From positions 64,001 through 128,000 of the forward strand of contig OY970340.1 in the NCBI GenBank assembly GCA_963717465.1: 64,000 nt of DNA, in the 5' to 3' direction. The position numbers and the translations under genes were made by a program. The notes beneath the pieces are model-generated. The model saw only the letters and a program-made list of their open reading frames with translations, ran no database searches and was not told the DNA's origin. The stretch's first letter is position 1. Every line of letters starts with the position of its first letter. Below, in pieces: positions 41,281 to 51,284 of the stretch. The stretch is from Candidatus Bathyarchaeota archaeon (GTDB lineage Archaea; Thermoproteota; Bathyarchaeia; Bathyarchaeales; Bathycorpusculaceae).

Positions 41281-42909
41281 GTGTTGAGTTTCGAAATTAA
41301 AGAAAAAGATTTACTGGGGAGAATCGGCAAATTGAAAACTAAAAGCGGTTCGATTGAAACTCCGCTTTTGTTTCCAGTGATTAATCCATATCTTCAGCCG
41401 ATTCCTCCAAAGAAGCTTAAGGAAACGTTTGGTTATGAAGCAGTTATAACGAATGCGTATATTATCAAAAAACGGTTCCAGAACAAACCCGTTGATGAGG
41501 GCTTGCACAAGTTTTTGGGTTTTGACGGTGCAGTCATGACTGATTCTGGAGCATACCAGATTCTTGTTTATGGTGGAGTAGAAGTTAATCAGAAGGAAAT
41601 TGTTGCCTATCAGGAAGCCATTGGAAGCGATATTGCCACTATACTTGATATTCCAACAGGCTGGAAAGTAACCAAAGAACAAGCACAATTAACCGTCGCT
41701 GAAACATTACGTCGCGCAAAAGATTTTTTCAAATTAAAAACCCGCGAAGACATTCTGTGGGTCGGTCCAGTTCAAGGCGGCAAACACTTAGATTTAGTTG
41801 CCAAGTCAGCTGTTCAAATGGGGAAACTGTCTTTTGATATTCACGCGTTGGGAAGCCCGACTGAAGTAATGGAAAACTATCGTTTTGACGTTTTAGCAGA
41901 TATGATTTTAACTGCTAAGAAAAACTTGCCCGTTCAAAGGCCGCTACATCTTTTCGGCGCTGGTCACCCCACAATGTTTTCGCTTGCAGTTTCTTTGGGA
42001 TGCGACCTCTTTGACTCCGCTGCCTACGCGTTGTATGCAAGAGAAAACCGTTACATGACAGAAAACGGTACATGGCGACTTGAAGAACTGGACTATTTTC
42101 CATGCAATTGCCCAAACTGCGCCAATGAAACACCTCGAGGATTAGAAAAAAAGACATTAAAAGAACGAGAAATTTTCCTTGCTGAACATAACCTGTACGT
42201 TTGCCAAGCAGAAATAAAACGCATTAAGCAGGCAATACGAAACGGCAGGCTTTGGGAACACACCGAAATGCGAGTCCATGCTCACCCTGCATTGCTGTCA
42301 GCTCTTAAGAAATTGAGGACAAACGCTGATTTCCTTGAAACTTTCAGTCCCACCGTTAAAAGTAACGGATTCTTCTATTTTGACGCTATCGGATTAGCGC
42401 GACCAGAAATAACTCATTACCGAAAACGTCTCCAACAAAATTACATGCCTCCAGAAAAAAAGAAGGCACTTTTTCTTGTACCACAAACAAGAAATAAACC
42501 GTTCCATAAAGCCCCAGAATTCAAGAAAATCAGGCAACTAATGCGAAACTTAGGCGAAAAATATTCTTCAAAAATTCACATTTGCGTCTACGAAGCCCCT
42601 TTCGGAGTTGTTCCATTAGAGCTTGATGAAGTCTACCCACTGTCTCAGCATGAAGCAGCCTTGCCACTTGACACGGAAACGGTGGATTACGTTGCAGGCC
42701 AAGTGGCTTCTTTCATTGAAAAATCAGCTTACAAGTCTATCGTGCTGCTTAATGACCCAAAAATTTGGGGTAACAAGATAACAAAAAAATGCAAATTAAC
42801 TTGCAAAAAGAAGGCTTTGCTTTTTGAGCACGTAGATGCAGATTTGGCTGGAACCAAAGAGATTTTAAGTCGTTTAGAGATGATTTTGCGGAAACATTTG
42901 AGCGGTTAA
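41281..42909 (+). CDS. tgtA: Archaeosine tRNA-guanine(15) transglycosylase
   Basis: MTDSGAYQ, LDIPT, PVQGG, HLFGAGHP, DLFDSAAY, CNCPNC. Confidence 0.95.
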   Translation: MLSFEIKEKDLLGRIGKLKTKSGSIETPLLFPVINPYLQPIPPKKLKETFGYEAVITNAYIIKKRFQNKPVDEGLHKFLGFDGAVMTDSGAYQILVYGGVEVNQKEIVAYQEAIGSDIATILDIPTGWKVTKEQAQLTVAETLRRAKDFFKLKTREDILWVGPVQGGKHLDLVAKSAVQMGKLSFDIHALGSPTEVMENYRFDVLADMILTAKKNLPVQRPLHLFGAGHPTMFSLAVSLGCDLFDSAAYALYARENRYMTENGTWRLEELDYFPCNCPNCANETPRGLEKKTLKEREIFLAEHNLYVCQAEIKRIKQAIRNGRLWEHTEMRVHAHPALLSALKKLRTNADFLETFSPTVKSNGFFYFDAIGLARPEITHYRKRLQQNYMPPEKKKALFLVPQTRNKPFHKAPEFKKIRQLMRNLGEKYSSKIHICVYEAPFGVVPLELDEVYPLSQHEAALPLDTETVDYVAGQVASFIEKSAYKSIVLLNDPKIWGNKITKKCKLTCKKKALLFEHVDADLAGTKEILSRLEMILRKHLSG

Positions 42910-42911
42910 CC

Positions 42912-43517
42912 TTGATTAAAGCCGACTTTCACATTCACACTATATATTCTCCGGATTCACTTGTTCAGCCTAAGACATTAGTCGATATGCTTGTTTCAAA
43001 TAGTTCCATTAAGGTAGCCGCAATTACCGATCATGATTCTGTCAGGGCGTGCAAGATTACAAGGCAGTTAGCTGCGCCATATCCGGATATACTGATTATT
43101 CCAGGAATAGAGGTCAGCACAACAAACGGTGACATGCTTGTTTTAGGTACTGAGGAAGAGCCGCCTACGCCTTGGACGCCGGAAAACGTGATTGATTACG
43201 CAAAATCTATCGGGGCGGTATCAATTGTTGCACATCCTTATAGGTTGTATGGCATGGGTGATAAGGCGAGAAATTTGAAGGTTGACGCTATAGAAGTCCT
43301 TAATGGAGGAACATATCCAGCGGCAAATGAACGAGCTAAGCAGCTTGCTAAAGAAATGAGTTTACCTGGAACAGCTGGAAGTGATGCACATCAAACCTCA
43401 GAATTATTTAGTGTTTATAATCAAGTCCAAGCTTCACTAGATATCGATGACATTTTAGGGGCAATAAAGAAGGGTTTAATATCAACGTACCATTCAAATC
43501 AGTCAATACATTTTTAA
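42912..43517 (+). CDS. PHP-domain phosphoesterase
   Basis: DFHIHT, ITDHD, GIE, AHP, GSDAH. Confidence 0.93.
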   Translation: MIKADFHIHTIYSPDSLVQPKTLVDMLVSNSSIKVAAITDHDSVRACKITRQLAAPYPDILIIPGIEVSTTNGDMLVLGTEEEPPTPWTPENVIDYAKSIGAVSIVAHPYRLYGMGDKARNLKVDAIEVLNGGTYPAANERAKQLAKEMSLPGTAGSDAHQTSELFSVYNQVQASLDIDDILGAIKKGLISTYHSNQSIHF

Positions 43518-43570
43518 AAGACAACAATTTCATGATTAATCGTGAATCGTAACTTAAGGATTGGTATTGA

Positions 43571-44827
43571 TTGGAGATTGGATTTTTAGGCGGAGCCAGA
43601 GAAGTAGGCAGAATTGGAATAACAGTAAAAACTCAAACTACCCAAGTTGTCTTAGACTACGGAGTGCTGCTTGACAGAGAACCAGGCTTTCCTATGCACA
43701 TACCGCCGAAAGACTTGAACGGCGTAATTCTTACACATAGCCACCTTGACCATTCAGGAGCAATACCAATCTTTTACATCAACGATCAAAAACCATTATA
43801 CACTAATAGACTTAATCTTGAGTTAACACAAATTCTCATCCAAGACTTCATCCACTTATCAAGTTACTATCTGCCATTCGAATATCTTGAGCTACAGACG
43901 ATGATGCGCAACAACAAACATCTGGATTTTGGAGTTGAAGAAGCAATCGGTGACATGAAAGTTAAGCTCTTAAACGCTGGACATACCCCTGGAAGCGCAC
44001 AAATTCTAATCGAAGCTGAAGGCAAAAAAATACTCTATACTGGCGATTACAACATGGAGGATAGCAGACTCTTGCAAGGCGCAACCATGGATTACGGGGA
44101 AGTAGATGCCGTTATCACCGAAAGCACGTATGCAAATGAGGATCACACCCCAAGACAGGACCTTGAAAAAAGATTTGTTCAAAGCGCCACGGATATCGTG
44201 GAAAGAGGAGGAACAGTTCTTGTCCCCGCATTCGGCGTTGGAAGAGCCCAAGAAATTGCCTGCATACTTACAGCCAACCATTTTGAATACCCAATAGTTC
44301 TTGACGGCATGGCACGGGAAGCAAGCCGAATAATCATGAATTACAAAGAATTCCTACGAGATCCCAAACTGTTCGTTAACGCAATGCATTCAGTAGAATG
44401 GGTTGAAGGCTGGAGAGACAGGCGAAGAGCCCTCAAAAATCCAAGTGTAATAATTTCTCCAGCAGGCATGCTAAAAGGCGGACCATCATCATTCTACATT
44501 TCGAAGGTAGGAAAAAAAGCGAATAATGCAGTTTTCCTAGTCAGTTATCAAATCCCAGGAACCCCTGGAAAAGAATTAATGGAGAAAGGAGTATGTACGA
44601 TTGATGGCAAAGTACGCAAAGTTAAAGCACACTACGAGCATTTTGATTTCTCTTCCCATTGCGGAGCAAGCCAACTTAAAGAGGGATTACAAAAACTGAA
44701 AGGCAAACCAAAAGTCTTCGTTGTCCACGGCGCTGAACACAACTGTGAACTCTTTGCGAACTGGGCAAAAACAGACCTTGGATTAGATGCTGTGGCACCG
44801 AGAACAGGCGAAACTTACAAAGTATAG
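43571..44827 (+). CDS. Beta-CASP metallo-beta-lactamase ribonuclease
   Basis: GGAREVGR, THSHLDHSG, AGHTPGS, ESTY, FGVGRAQE, FSSH, VHG. Confidence 0.93.
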   Translation: MEIGFLGGAREVGRIGITVKTQTTQVVLDYGVLLDREPGFPMHIPPKDLNGVILTHSHLDHSGAIPIFYINDQKPLYTNRLNLELTQILIQDFIHLSSYYLPFEYLELQTMMRNNKHLDFGVEEAIGDMKVKLLNAGHTPGSAQILIEAEGKKILYTGDYNMEDSRLLQGATMDYGEVDAVITESTYANEDHTPRQDLEKRFVQSATDIVERGGTVLVPAFGVGRAQEIACILTANHFEYPIVLDGMAREASRIIMNYKEFLRDPKLFVNAMHSVEWVEGWRDRRRALKNPSVIISPAGMLKGGPSSFYISKVGKKANNAVFLVSYQIPGTPGKELMEKGVCTIDGKVRKVKAHYEHFDFSSHCGASQLKEGLQKLKGKPKVFVVHGAEHNCELFANWAKTDLGLDAVAPRTGETYKV

Positions 44828-44836
44828 GTTAAAATA

Positions 44837-45389
44837 ATGAAAATTGGAATTTTACCCGTTAAACAAATTGATCCTAACGTTTTAGTTGAGATTCAAAAAG
44901 GTTTAGTTAAAGTGTTTCCTGACACTTCCTGCACCGTTATCAATGATGTCTTTGCCTCTGGAAGAAACCTCATTTGATAAAAAACGTAATCAATACAATT
45001 CCAGTTCTATTCTTGAAGAATTAAGAAACTACTGCATAAAAAAAGCTGATTGCAACTGCGTACTTGGTTTAGTCGACAAAGATATTTTCGTGCCAGAACT
45101 TAATTACGTGTTCGGATTAGCCCATAATCCTGGGAATGCCGCTTTAATTTCTCTTCATCGCCTAAAACCAGAATTCTACGGTGAAACCGTCAACCATGAA
45201 CTTTACATTAATAGAGCATTGAAAGAAGCCGTGCATGAAATCGGGCACACCTTAGGCTTAGCACACTGCAGAAACAAAAGTTGTGTCATGCACTTCTCTA
45301 ATTCCATTTTTGACACAGATATAAAACAAAGCTTATTCTGTGACCAATGCGAATTAAAAGCGGCTGTAGCAATTAACAATTTAGGGTAA
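44837..45389 (+). CDS. Archaemetzincin (peptidase M54), frameshift near 44950
   Basis: HEIGHTLGLAHC...CVM.FSNS...D.K...FC..C; N-terminal MKIGILP in another frame. Confidence 0.9.
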
Positions 45390-45393
45390 TACT

Positions 45394-46224
45394 TTGACTG
45401 AAAAGTTTCAAGCTCATCTGGTTTATCTTGTTCCTGTACTTGCAAGTTTATCGGTCGGATTAGCATGCGCCTACTTACTTTGGTCCTCGTCAATTCAAAC
45501 TTTAGCTATAACTCCTTTCACTGAAAACTCCGCTGCTGGATCATTTAGCAACGCCTTCTATTTTCTAATAGCCGTCGCTTTGGGAGGAGCCTTCTTTTAC
45601 TTCTTAATTAGACGGAAAAAAGAAAGGATACTCAAAACAGTAATTGCTTTTGCCCTAACAACTGCTTCTTTACTCTTATCGATTGTTTATTTATCAGCAC
45701 TTTTTGCCTTCTTTCCAAACATTCCCTATCCAGATTTATTGTTAATTTCAATTTCAATATTAATTACCATCCTATTTGACTTAGCCATTTTCCGTTTAGG
45801 AAGCAAAGCAAGAAACACCGCAGTAATCTGCATCGGAGGAGCATTAGGCATGTTCTTTGGAGCCTCAATCCCACTATTCAGCGCTGTGTTAATCCTCGCC
45901 TTTCTAGCAATATACGATATATACGCCGTTTACCGTGGACCCGTAGGAAAAATTGCAAAATCCGGAATTGATGAGCTTAACGGTTTAACCTTCTCCTTCA
46001 AAGATATCCAAATGGGTCTTGGAGACTTAGCATTCTATTCAATGCTAACCGGAGCAATACTCTTCAACTATGATGTAATACCATGCATAATCTCAATCGT
46101 AGGCATTTTAGCAGGAGCATACTTAACCTTCAAGATGCTTGAAAAAAAAGGAATCTTTCCAGGATTACCATTCCCAATATTTCTTGGATTAGCAGCAGGA
46201 ATACTTACTGCACTAATCATCTAG
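45394..46224 (+). CDS. Presenilin/SPP-type intramembrane aspartyl protease
   Basis: YD, MGLGD (GxGD) and PGLP (PAL-like) motifs. Confidence 0.9.
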   Translation: MTEKFQAHLVYLVPVLASLSVGLACAYLLWSSSIQTLAITPFTENSAAGSFSNAFYFLIAVALGGAFFYFLIRRKKERILKTVIAFALTTASLLLSIVYLSALFAFFPNIPYPDLLLISISILITILFDLAIFRLGSKARNTAVICIGGALGMFFGASIPLFSAVLILAFLAIYDIYAVYRGPVGKIAKSGIDELNGLTFSFKDIQMGLGDLAFYSMLTGAILFNYDVIPCIISIVGILAGAYLTFKMLEKKGIFPGLPFPIFLGLAAGILTALII

Positions 46225-46358
46225 TCTTCCTCAAAAGCGCACTAAAGAAACTGTTTTTTCAAACCGACTAACAGGATAATGGAAATCGATGAAAAACAAG
46301 AGACAAAAACACTGAAATAGCAAATTAGCTCATAAGTTAGCAAAATTGTGATGATCCC

Positions 46359-46697
46359 TTGACGAAAGTTAAAATCGATCCTGGCGTATGCCAATTTGTT
46401 GCAGTAGTCAATGTCGAGAAAAAGACGCCGAAAGAGCTTGAAATAAACATTGAATCGCAATGCCCAAACATCGGAGCTTTTAAGGAAGCAATCAAAACTA
46501 TCCAGATAGCAGATGCGGTTAATAGGCCAAAGGCAAATCTTATACTTAAGAAAGCTGCAGAATCGTTGCCTCACTCTGACTGCCCTATTCCGATAGGAAT
46601 AATAAAGGCGTGCATGGTGGAAATTCATTTTGCTATAAAAAGGGATGCAAAAGTAGAATTCATAACGGAAGATAAACAAGCAAGCGAGCAAAAATAA
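46359..46697 (+). CDS. Small conserved Cys-containing hypothetical protein
   Basis: DPGVC.F, SQCP, H..CPIP.GIIKA. Confidence 0.7.
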   Translation: MTKVKIDPGVCQFVAVVNVEKKTPKELEINIESQCPNIGAFKEAIKTIQIADAVNRPKANLILKKAAESLPHSDCPIPIGIIKACMVEIHFAIKRDAKVEFITEDKQASEQK

Positions 46698-46796
46698 GGG
46701 CTTCTTTCCAATTATTTTCGAACATCAGTGATTATTAAACATCAGTCACAAGACTTTTTCTTAAACACAAAAACTACTAGTTAATCGAGGCCATTT

Positions 46797-47159
46797 ATGT
46801 CAATAATTGCGAATACCGAAGACATCAATTGGAACTATAGAAAGCTGGATGAAAGGTTGGTTCGAATAAAAGCTACAAATGTTCGTGATAGTAAAGCAGT
46901 TGCAGTTGATGTTTTAACCAATATACCGATTACTTTTGATTTTTCAAAAGATATCCAGTTGGAATTTTTGGAACTAGACAAAGAATATTATGTTAACTTG
47001 GAGGTTTTTACTTCAGCAAACCTTAACGATGTTGGAAAAGATTTCATCGAGTTTTTCGAGGAAGCTGATGTTGACCAAAACATGGAAGATTTCATTAAGG
47101 CATACTTGTTTTACCCAGACAAGATAAGGTTTGAAGCAGTTGCGATTGAACCAGCCTAA
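46797..47159 (+). CDS. Hypothetical protein
   Basis: 120-aa acidic ORF between genes. Confidence 0.6.
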   Translation: MSIIANTEDINWNYRKLDERLVRIKATNVRDSKAVAVDVLTNIPITFDFSKDIQLEFLELDKEYYVNLEVFTSANLNDVGKDFIEFFEEADVDQNMEDFIKAYLFYPDKIRFEAVAIEPA

Positions 47160-47161
47160 GC

Positions 47162-48067
47162 TTATTTTAACACCATGTTAACGAATTTTTCTGGGTTAAA
47201 CAACTCTAAATCCTTGTATGTTTGACCAACACCGATAAACAATATTGGTTTTTGAGTGATGTAGGTGACACTTAAGGCTGAACCTCCTTTGACGTCAGCG
47301 TCAACTTTTGTTAAAATTGTAGCGTCAACGCCTATAGCCTTGTTGAATTCTTCGGCTTGCATTACTGCATCGTTTCCGATTAGGGAATCAATTGTTAGAA
47401 CAGTTAAATCTGGATTTACGACACGTTTTACCTTGACCAGTTCATTCATTAAGTTCTGATTTGTTTGCATTCTGCCAGCAGTATCGATTAAAACAACATT
47501 TACTCCATGAGCTTTAGCATGACTGATAGCATCAAACGCCACTGCAGCTGGATCAGCACCATAAGAATGCTTAATGACTCTTACGCCTAACCGTTTAGCA
47601 TGCTCTTCCAATTGTTCAATGGAACCAGCACGGTACGTGTCGCTACCAGCGAACACGGAAGAATAACCTTTATCTCTTAAAAACTGAGCAACCTTCGCAA
47701 TAGTAGTTGTTTTTCCAGTTCCATTGATTCCTACAAACAACATCACAAACGGTTCATTCTTCTTGCGCTTCTCATCAATTAGCTTTAGTAATTCAATCTT
47801 GCTGTTTGTAAGCATAACTTCCAAGAGAACTTTCCTAAGGTTTTCTTCGACAATTTGTTTGCGATCTTCTAAACGTTTAACTTGAACACCCGTTAAACGC
47901 TTCTCAAGCTCATCGCATATTTTGTCCGCTACTGGAAAAGCAACATCATTTTCTGCAAGATTCATTTTAAAATCCGCTAAAAGCGGTCGAAGGCTTTCAG
48001 GTTTAAGTTCAGTAGTTGTTACTTTAGTTACTAAACCCTTGAACCCTGACTTTAGCTTCTCAAACAT
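47162..48067 (-). CDS. ftsY: SRP receptor FtsY
   Basis: GINGTGKTTT, DTYRAG, DTAGR, TKVD, GVGQ. Confidence 0.97.
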   Translation of the reverse strand: MFEKLKSGFKGLVTKVTTTELKPESLRPLLADFKMNLAENDVAFPVADKICDELEKRLTGVQVKRLEDRKQIVEENLRKVLLEVMLTNSKIELLKLIDEKRKKNEPFVMLFVGINGTGKTTTIAKVAQFLRDKGYSSVFAGSDTYRAGSIEQLEEHAKRLGVRVIKHSYGADPAAVAFDAISHAKAHGVNVVLIDTAGRMQTNQNLMNELVKVKRVVNPDLTVLTIDSLIGNDAVMQAEEFNKAIGVDATILTKVDADVKGGSALSVTYITQKPILFIGVGQTYKDLELFNPEKFVNMVLK

Positions 48068-48071
48068 CGGC

Positions 48072-48518
48072 TTAAGGGTTCCCTTCTGCCTCGCCAGCGC
48101 CAGTAAGGTAACTCTGAAGCGTTCTTCTTCCTTGGTTAATCCTTTCAGCCACTTGGGTAAACTGCTGTTGAGAGCTTACAAATGCTTTCTGCATCTGCTC
48201 TAAACGTTCTTTAAAAATTGCCTTTGTTTCCTGCACAGTCCTCTCCACAGACACACCAGCTCCTATTCCCACGATGACCTTGTCTGGATCTGCAAGTTTC
48301 ATCTTAACGTAAGAGCTACTGCCGATTGGAACAAGCATTTCCGCATTTTCTTTTTCTTTTTCCATTCCCTCTAAAGCGGCGCTTGCAAAAGTCAAATTAG
48401 AAATAGCAGCTTGAAGCATACCCATACGCTGTTGCAAAGCCTCAGCCGTTTGTTCCAAATAATCTAATTGCACGCTGAGATTTTGAAGGTCTTGTTGAGG
48501 ATTACGATTTTGTTCCAA
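48072..48518 (-). CDS. pfdA: Prefoldin alpha subunit
   Basis: LVPIG, VIVGIGAGVSVE, coiled coils; conserved synteny. Confidence 0.93.
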   Translation of the reverse strand: MEQNRNPQQDLQNLSVQLDYLEQTAEALQQRMGMLQAAISNLTFASAALEGMEKEKENAEMLVPIGSSSYVKMKLADPDKVIVGIGAGVSVERTVQETKAIFKERLEQMQKAFVSSQQQFTQVAERINQGRRTLQSYLTGAGEAEGNP

Positions 48519-48521
48519 AAT

Positions 48522-48749
48522 TTATTCCCCACTAACAATTTTTTTCAAAACTGCATTTTCAATCTTCTCTGCAGGCACTTCTTCAACACTCGCAATTTTA
48601 ATGTGGAACCTTTTCACGCGGTGCCTGCTACCTATTTCCGCATATACTTTCTCTACGGCATGATCACTTTTGTCAGCCAATATTTCCTTAGCAAACGGTG
48701 TTCTCAAGTTTGGCTTGTTGATCTCTCCAGTTACTTTGAAAACCTTCAA
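48522..48749 (-). CDS. rpl18a: 50S ribosomal protein L18a/LX (eL20)
   Basis: KVF.VTG, F.KE, EKVY..IGSRH.VKR..IKI. Confidence 0.9.
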   Translation of the reverse strand: MKVFKVTGEINKPNLRTPFAKEILADKSDHAVEKVYAEIGSRHRVKRFHIKIASVEEVPAEKIENAVLKKIVSGE

Positions 48750-48750
48750 T

Positions 48751-49431
48751 TCACTCGACTTCCTGCACAACATCCATTGCATTCCCAATTATAAACATCT
48801 CGGGTCCAGTTGTCATAGAACCAGCTACCGCTGCATGAGTATTAGCGATCAAGCCTGTACCGACATAGGGTACACCGCAGTTCACTGTTCCAACATCAAC
48901 AGGGACTTTGAATACGTTTTGTAAAGTCTCTTTTTCCGCATCTTTTAGAAGGGGATGAGCTAAAACGCCCTTATTTGTCGCCACAGCTAAAGATCCAACG
49001 TATGGTAACTCAGCAATTGTTGTTGGAACAACTTCAACGCAGAGAGTTTCAGCGATCAGGTTAACATCAGGTGATTTTAAGCGTGGATCACAAACGGCTC
49101 CGTTATCATTGGCTAAAACAAGGTTTCCATAAGCTGTCTTTTTTGTTTCCATAATAGTTATGTTACCTTTAAAACAAGATTTTATTTGACTCAATTCTTC
49201 CTCTCGAATTAAGCTTGGAAGAACAATTCCTTTAGAGTTTGCACAAGCCAACGCTCCCGCGAGAACTGAGCCGCTGATAGAAGTGTAAATGAGTTCGACT
49301 TTTAACCAATCAGCGATTTCCTGAGCCTTTTCCAAGGGCACCATGCGTGGGATGATTACAAACTTTTCAGTAGCCAATGAATAAACACCTATACTTGCGC
49401 TTCCAACTATGCTTGATAAGTAAACAGCCAA
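48751..49431 (-). CDS. eif6: Translation initiation factor 6 (aIF6)
   Basis: IGVY, GNLVLANDNG, VGS...TNKG.LAHP, GTVN.G, TTGPE. Confidence 0.95.
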   Translation of the reverse strand: MAVYLSSIVGSASIGVYSLATEKFVIIPRMVPLEKAQEIADWLKVELIYTSISGSVLAGALACANSKGIVLPSLIREEELSQIKSCFKGNITIMETKKTAYGNLVLANDNGAVCDPRLKSPDVNLIAETLCVEVVPTTIAELPYVGSLAVATNKGVLAHPLLKDAEKETLQNVFKVPVDVGTVNCGVPYVGTGLIANTHAAVAGSMTTGPEMFIIGNAMDVVQEVE

Positions 49432-49570
49432 AATTATTCTTCCCTTAAAGAGACTCTAATTGAAAAAGTTTCACGCAAACTCCTTTTTTTAGATTGTGGT
49501 TCTTAAATGCCCCGAATGAACGCGAACAGAAATTCAAAAATTCTCAGCAAAAAGGTGCGAAATTAGAAAT

Positions 49571-50071
49571 TTATGTTTCGGCTAAATAAACGGTGATGTT
49601 GCCATCTTTATCTTTAGTAGCACGCACACGAATCTTTCTTGGAGGTTTCTCTATTCCTTTGCTCCAAATTTTTTCGTTAACTTCTTTGCTTATCGAAAGC
49701 TGAGGCAGTTCTTCCTCGTCTTCAGAGGGTTTTATGTCAAGCTTCATGTGCTTGATAATGAAGGCTTTAACCAGTTGCATTGCTCTTGGAGAACGCTTCT
49801 TCGGCGGCCTAACTAAAGCTTTTTGCAATGGAATAGTATAAACTCGCTCTTCAACGATTTCTTCCTCTTTCTTCTTTTTCTTCACCGTTTCTACTTTTTC
49901 TTCTGCTTCCTCTTTCTCTTCAGCTACAGGCTGCTCCTCAACTTTTTCCACTTCTTTTGAAGATTCTTCCTTGACTTCTTCCTTGCTTTCTTCGTCTTCT
50001 GTTAAGGCAGGCAGTTCTTCTTCCTCTACTTCTTCTACTGGTTTCTTACTGTTTTTGCTTTGTTTCGCCAT
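49571..50071 (-). CDS. rpl31e: 50S ribosomal protein L31e with acidic N-terminal extension
   Basis: ERVYTIPL, KRSPRA, NEKIWSKGIEKPPRKIRV. Confidence 0.93.
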   Translation of the reverse strand: MAKQSKNSKKPVEEVEEEELPALTEDEESKEEVKEESSKEVEKVEEQPVAEEKEEAEEKVETVKKKKKEEEIVEERVYTIPLQKALVRPPKKRSPRAMQLVKAFIIKHMKLDIKPSEDEEELPQLSISKEVNEKIWSKGIEKPPRKIRVRATKDKDGNITVYLAET

Positions 50072-50085
50072 TCGTCCTTACTCTC

Positions 50086-50244
50086 CTAAGCTTTTATTTT
50101 ACGAGTTCGCCAATTTCGTCTCTGTTTAGGGTTATTTCTTACTTTACCATCAGTTCTCGAAATTACCCATGTTGGAACAGAAGACTTTTCTTTAGTAGCT
50201 TTAGCAAGTCTACGTTTTTTTGCTGTAGGTTTAACTCGTGCCAT
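50086..50244 (-). CDS. rpl39e: 50S ribosomal protein L39e (missing from the ORF track)
   Basis: Manual translation MARVKPTAKKRRLAKATKEKSSVPTWVISRTDGKVRNNPKQRRNWRTRKIKA*. Confidence 0.95.
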   Translation of the reverse strand: MARVKPTAKKRRLAKATKEKSSVPTWVISRTDGKVRNNPKQRRNWRTRKIKA

Positions 50245-50249
50245 TACTT

Positions 50250-50576
50250 TCAAATCCTTGTAATTTTTGTTTCTCGTTTCCGAGATTGAAGCGAAATTAA
50301 TATTTGTTTAAGTTGTGAATCGTTCAAAGGCGTAGGTAACTTTCCAGATTGAGCCATCTGAATCAATTGAAGCTCAATTTGATCCACAAAATCAGCTTTG
50401 ACCATCTTTAAATTATTTAGTCTCTGTCGTGCTTCATCGGTGAGGATTTGCTTTAGCAGGGCCTGTTTTTGAGCTTCAATTTGTTCTGATTGGGCTTGCT
50501 TCTCCTCATCGCCTGCTCGGTTCTGCATCGCCATAAGTTTTTTCTTTCGAATTTGCTCAAGTTCGTCATCAGACAT
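50250..50576 (-). CDS. PDCD5-like dsDNA-binding protein
   Basis: DELEQIR, ILTDEARQRL, IELQLIQ.AQSG. Confidence 0.93.
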   Translation of the reverse strand: MSDDELEQIRKKKLMAMQNRAGDEEKQAQSEQIEAQKQALLKQILTDEARQRLNNLKMVKADFVDQIELQLIQMAQSGKLPTPLNDSQLKQILISLQSRKRETKITRI

Positions 50577-50581
50577 TGTAT

Positions 50582-51046
50582 CTATTCGCCTTGATATTTC
50601 TTGAGTTCAGGGATAGTCTTAACTATTTCCTTATTTAAATCTCCAGCAATTTCTTGGAGAAGCTTGCGTCCTTTAGGTGTCATTATTTTTCCTTGAGGTC
50701 TTGCAGTTTGAACTAATCCTGCTGCTTCAAGCTGCTGAAGAACCTTTCGAATGTTGTTACCGCCAGCTTTTATGGCATGTGAACGTTTTACGCCGAAGTT
50801 CTTTCTTCCCCCATAGTCTGCACGAAGCTTCTCAAGTCCAATCGGACCATGAATGTAAACCTTACGAAGCACTGAAGCACTGCGAACATACCACCAATTG
50901 GGGTTTTGAGGCTGCTTCTCAACATGCATACCTGTTTTGGCAACACTTGCCCATGAAGGAGGCTGAACTTCATCGATGTTTTCCTTCAAGTATTTTGCTA
51001 GCCTATCAATAAATTTTGATGCTGGAACGTCATAAGGAGTTGTCAA
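50582..51046 (-). CDS. rps19e: 30S ribosomal protein S19e
   Basis: PSWA..KTG...E, WWYVRSASVLRK, YGG, LQQLE.AG. Confidence 0.97.
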   Translation of the reverse strand: MTTPYDVPASKFIDRLAKYLKENIDEVQPPSWASVAKTGMHVEKQPQNPNWWYVRSASVLRKVYIHGPIGLEKLRADYGGRKNFGVKRSHAIKAGGNNIRKVLQQLEAAGLVQTARPQGKIMTPKGRKLLQEIAGDLNKEIVKTIPELKKYQGE

Positions 51047-51284
51047 GATGCTCTTGTCTCTTTTTTTGTTTTACCTTGCAGTAAAAACATGAAGCCCTAA
51101 TATAAATATTCTCTGAGACGAAAACTCAGTTATGTAAGATCGAATTTTTCTCTAATAAGATCTAAAAACAAAAGACAAGTGGAAAATAATATTAAATTTG
51201 GTTAAAGGCATGTTTTCTTCAGTTTTGTAAGCGCTCCTAATACAAGCATCTTATCGATATTCGACGATTTCAGTGATTTTATAA

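Noticed and set aside
46242..46691. This and other short ORFs antisense to or inside recognised genes
   Set aside because: Overlap better-supported CDSs and carry no motifs
49860..50071. Glu/Lys-rich low-complexity repeat
   Set aside because: It is the acidic N-terminal extension of rpl31e, not a separate element
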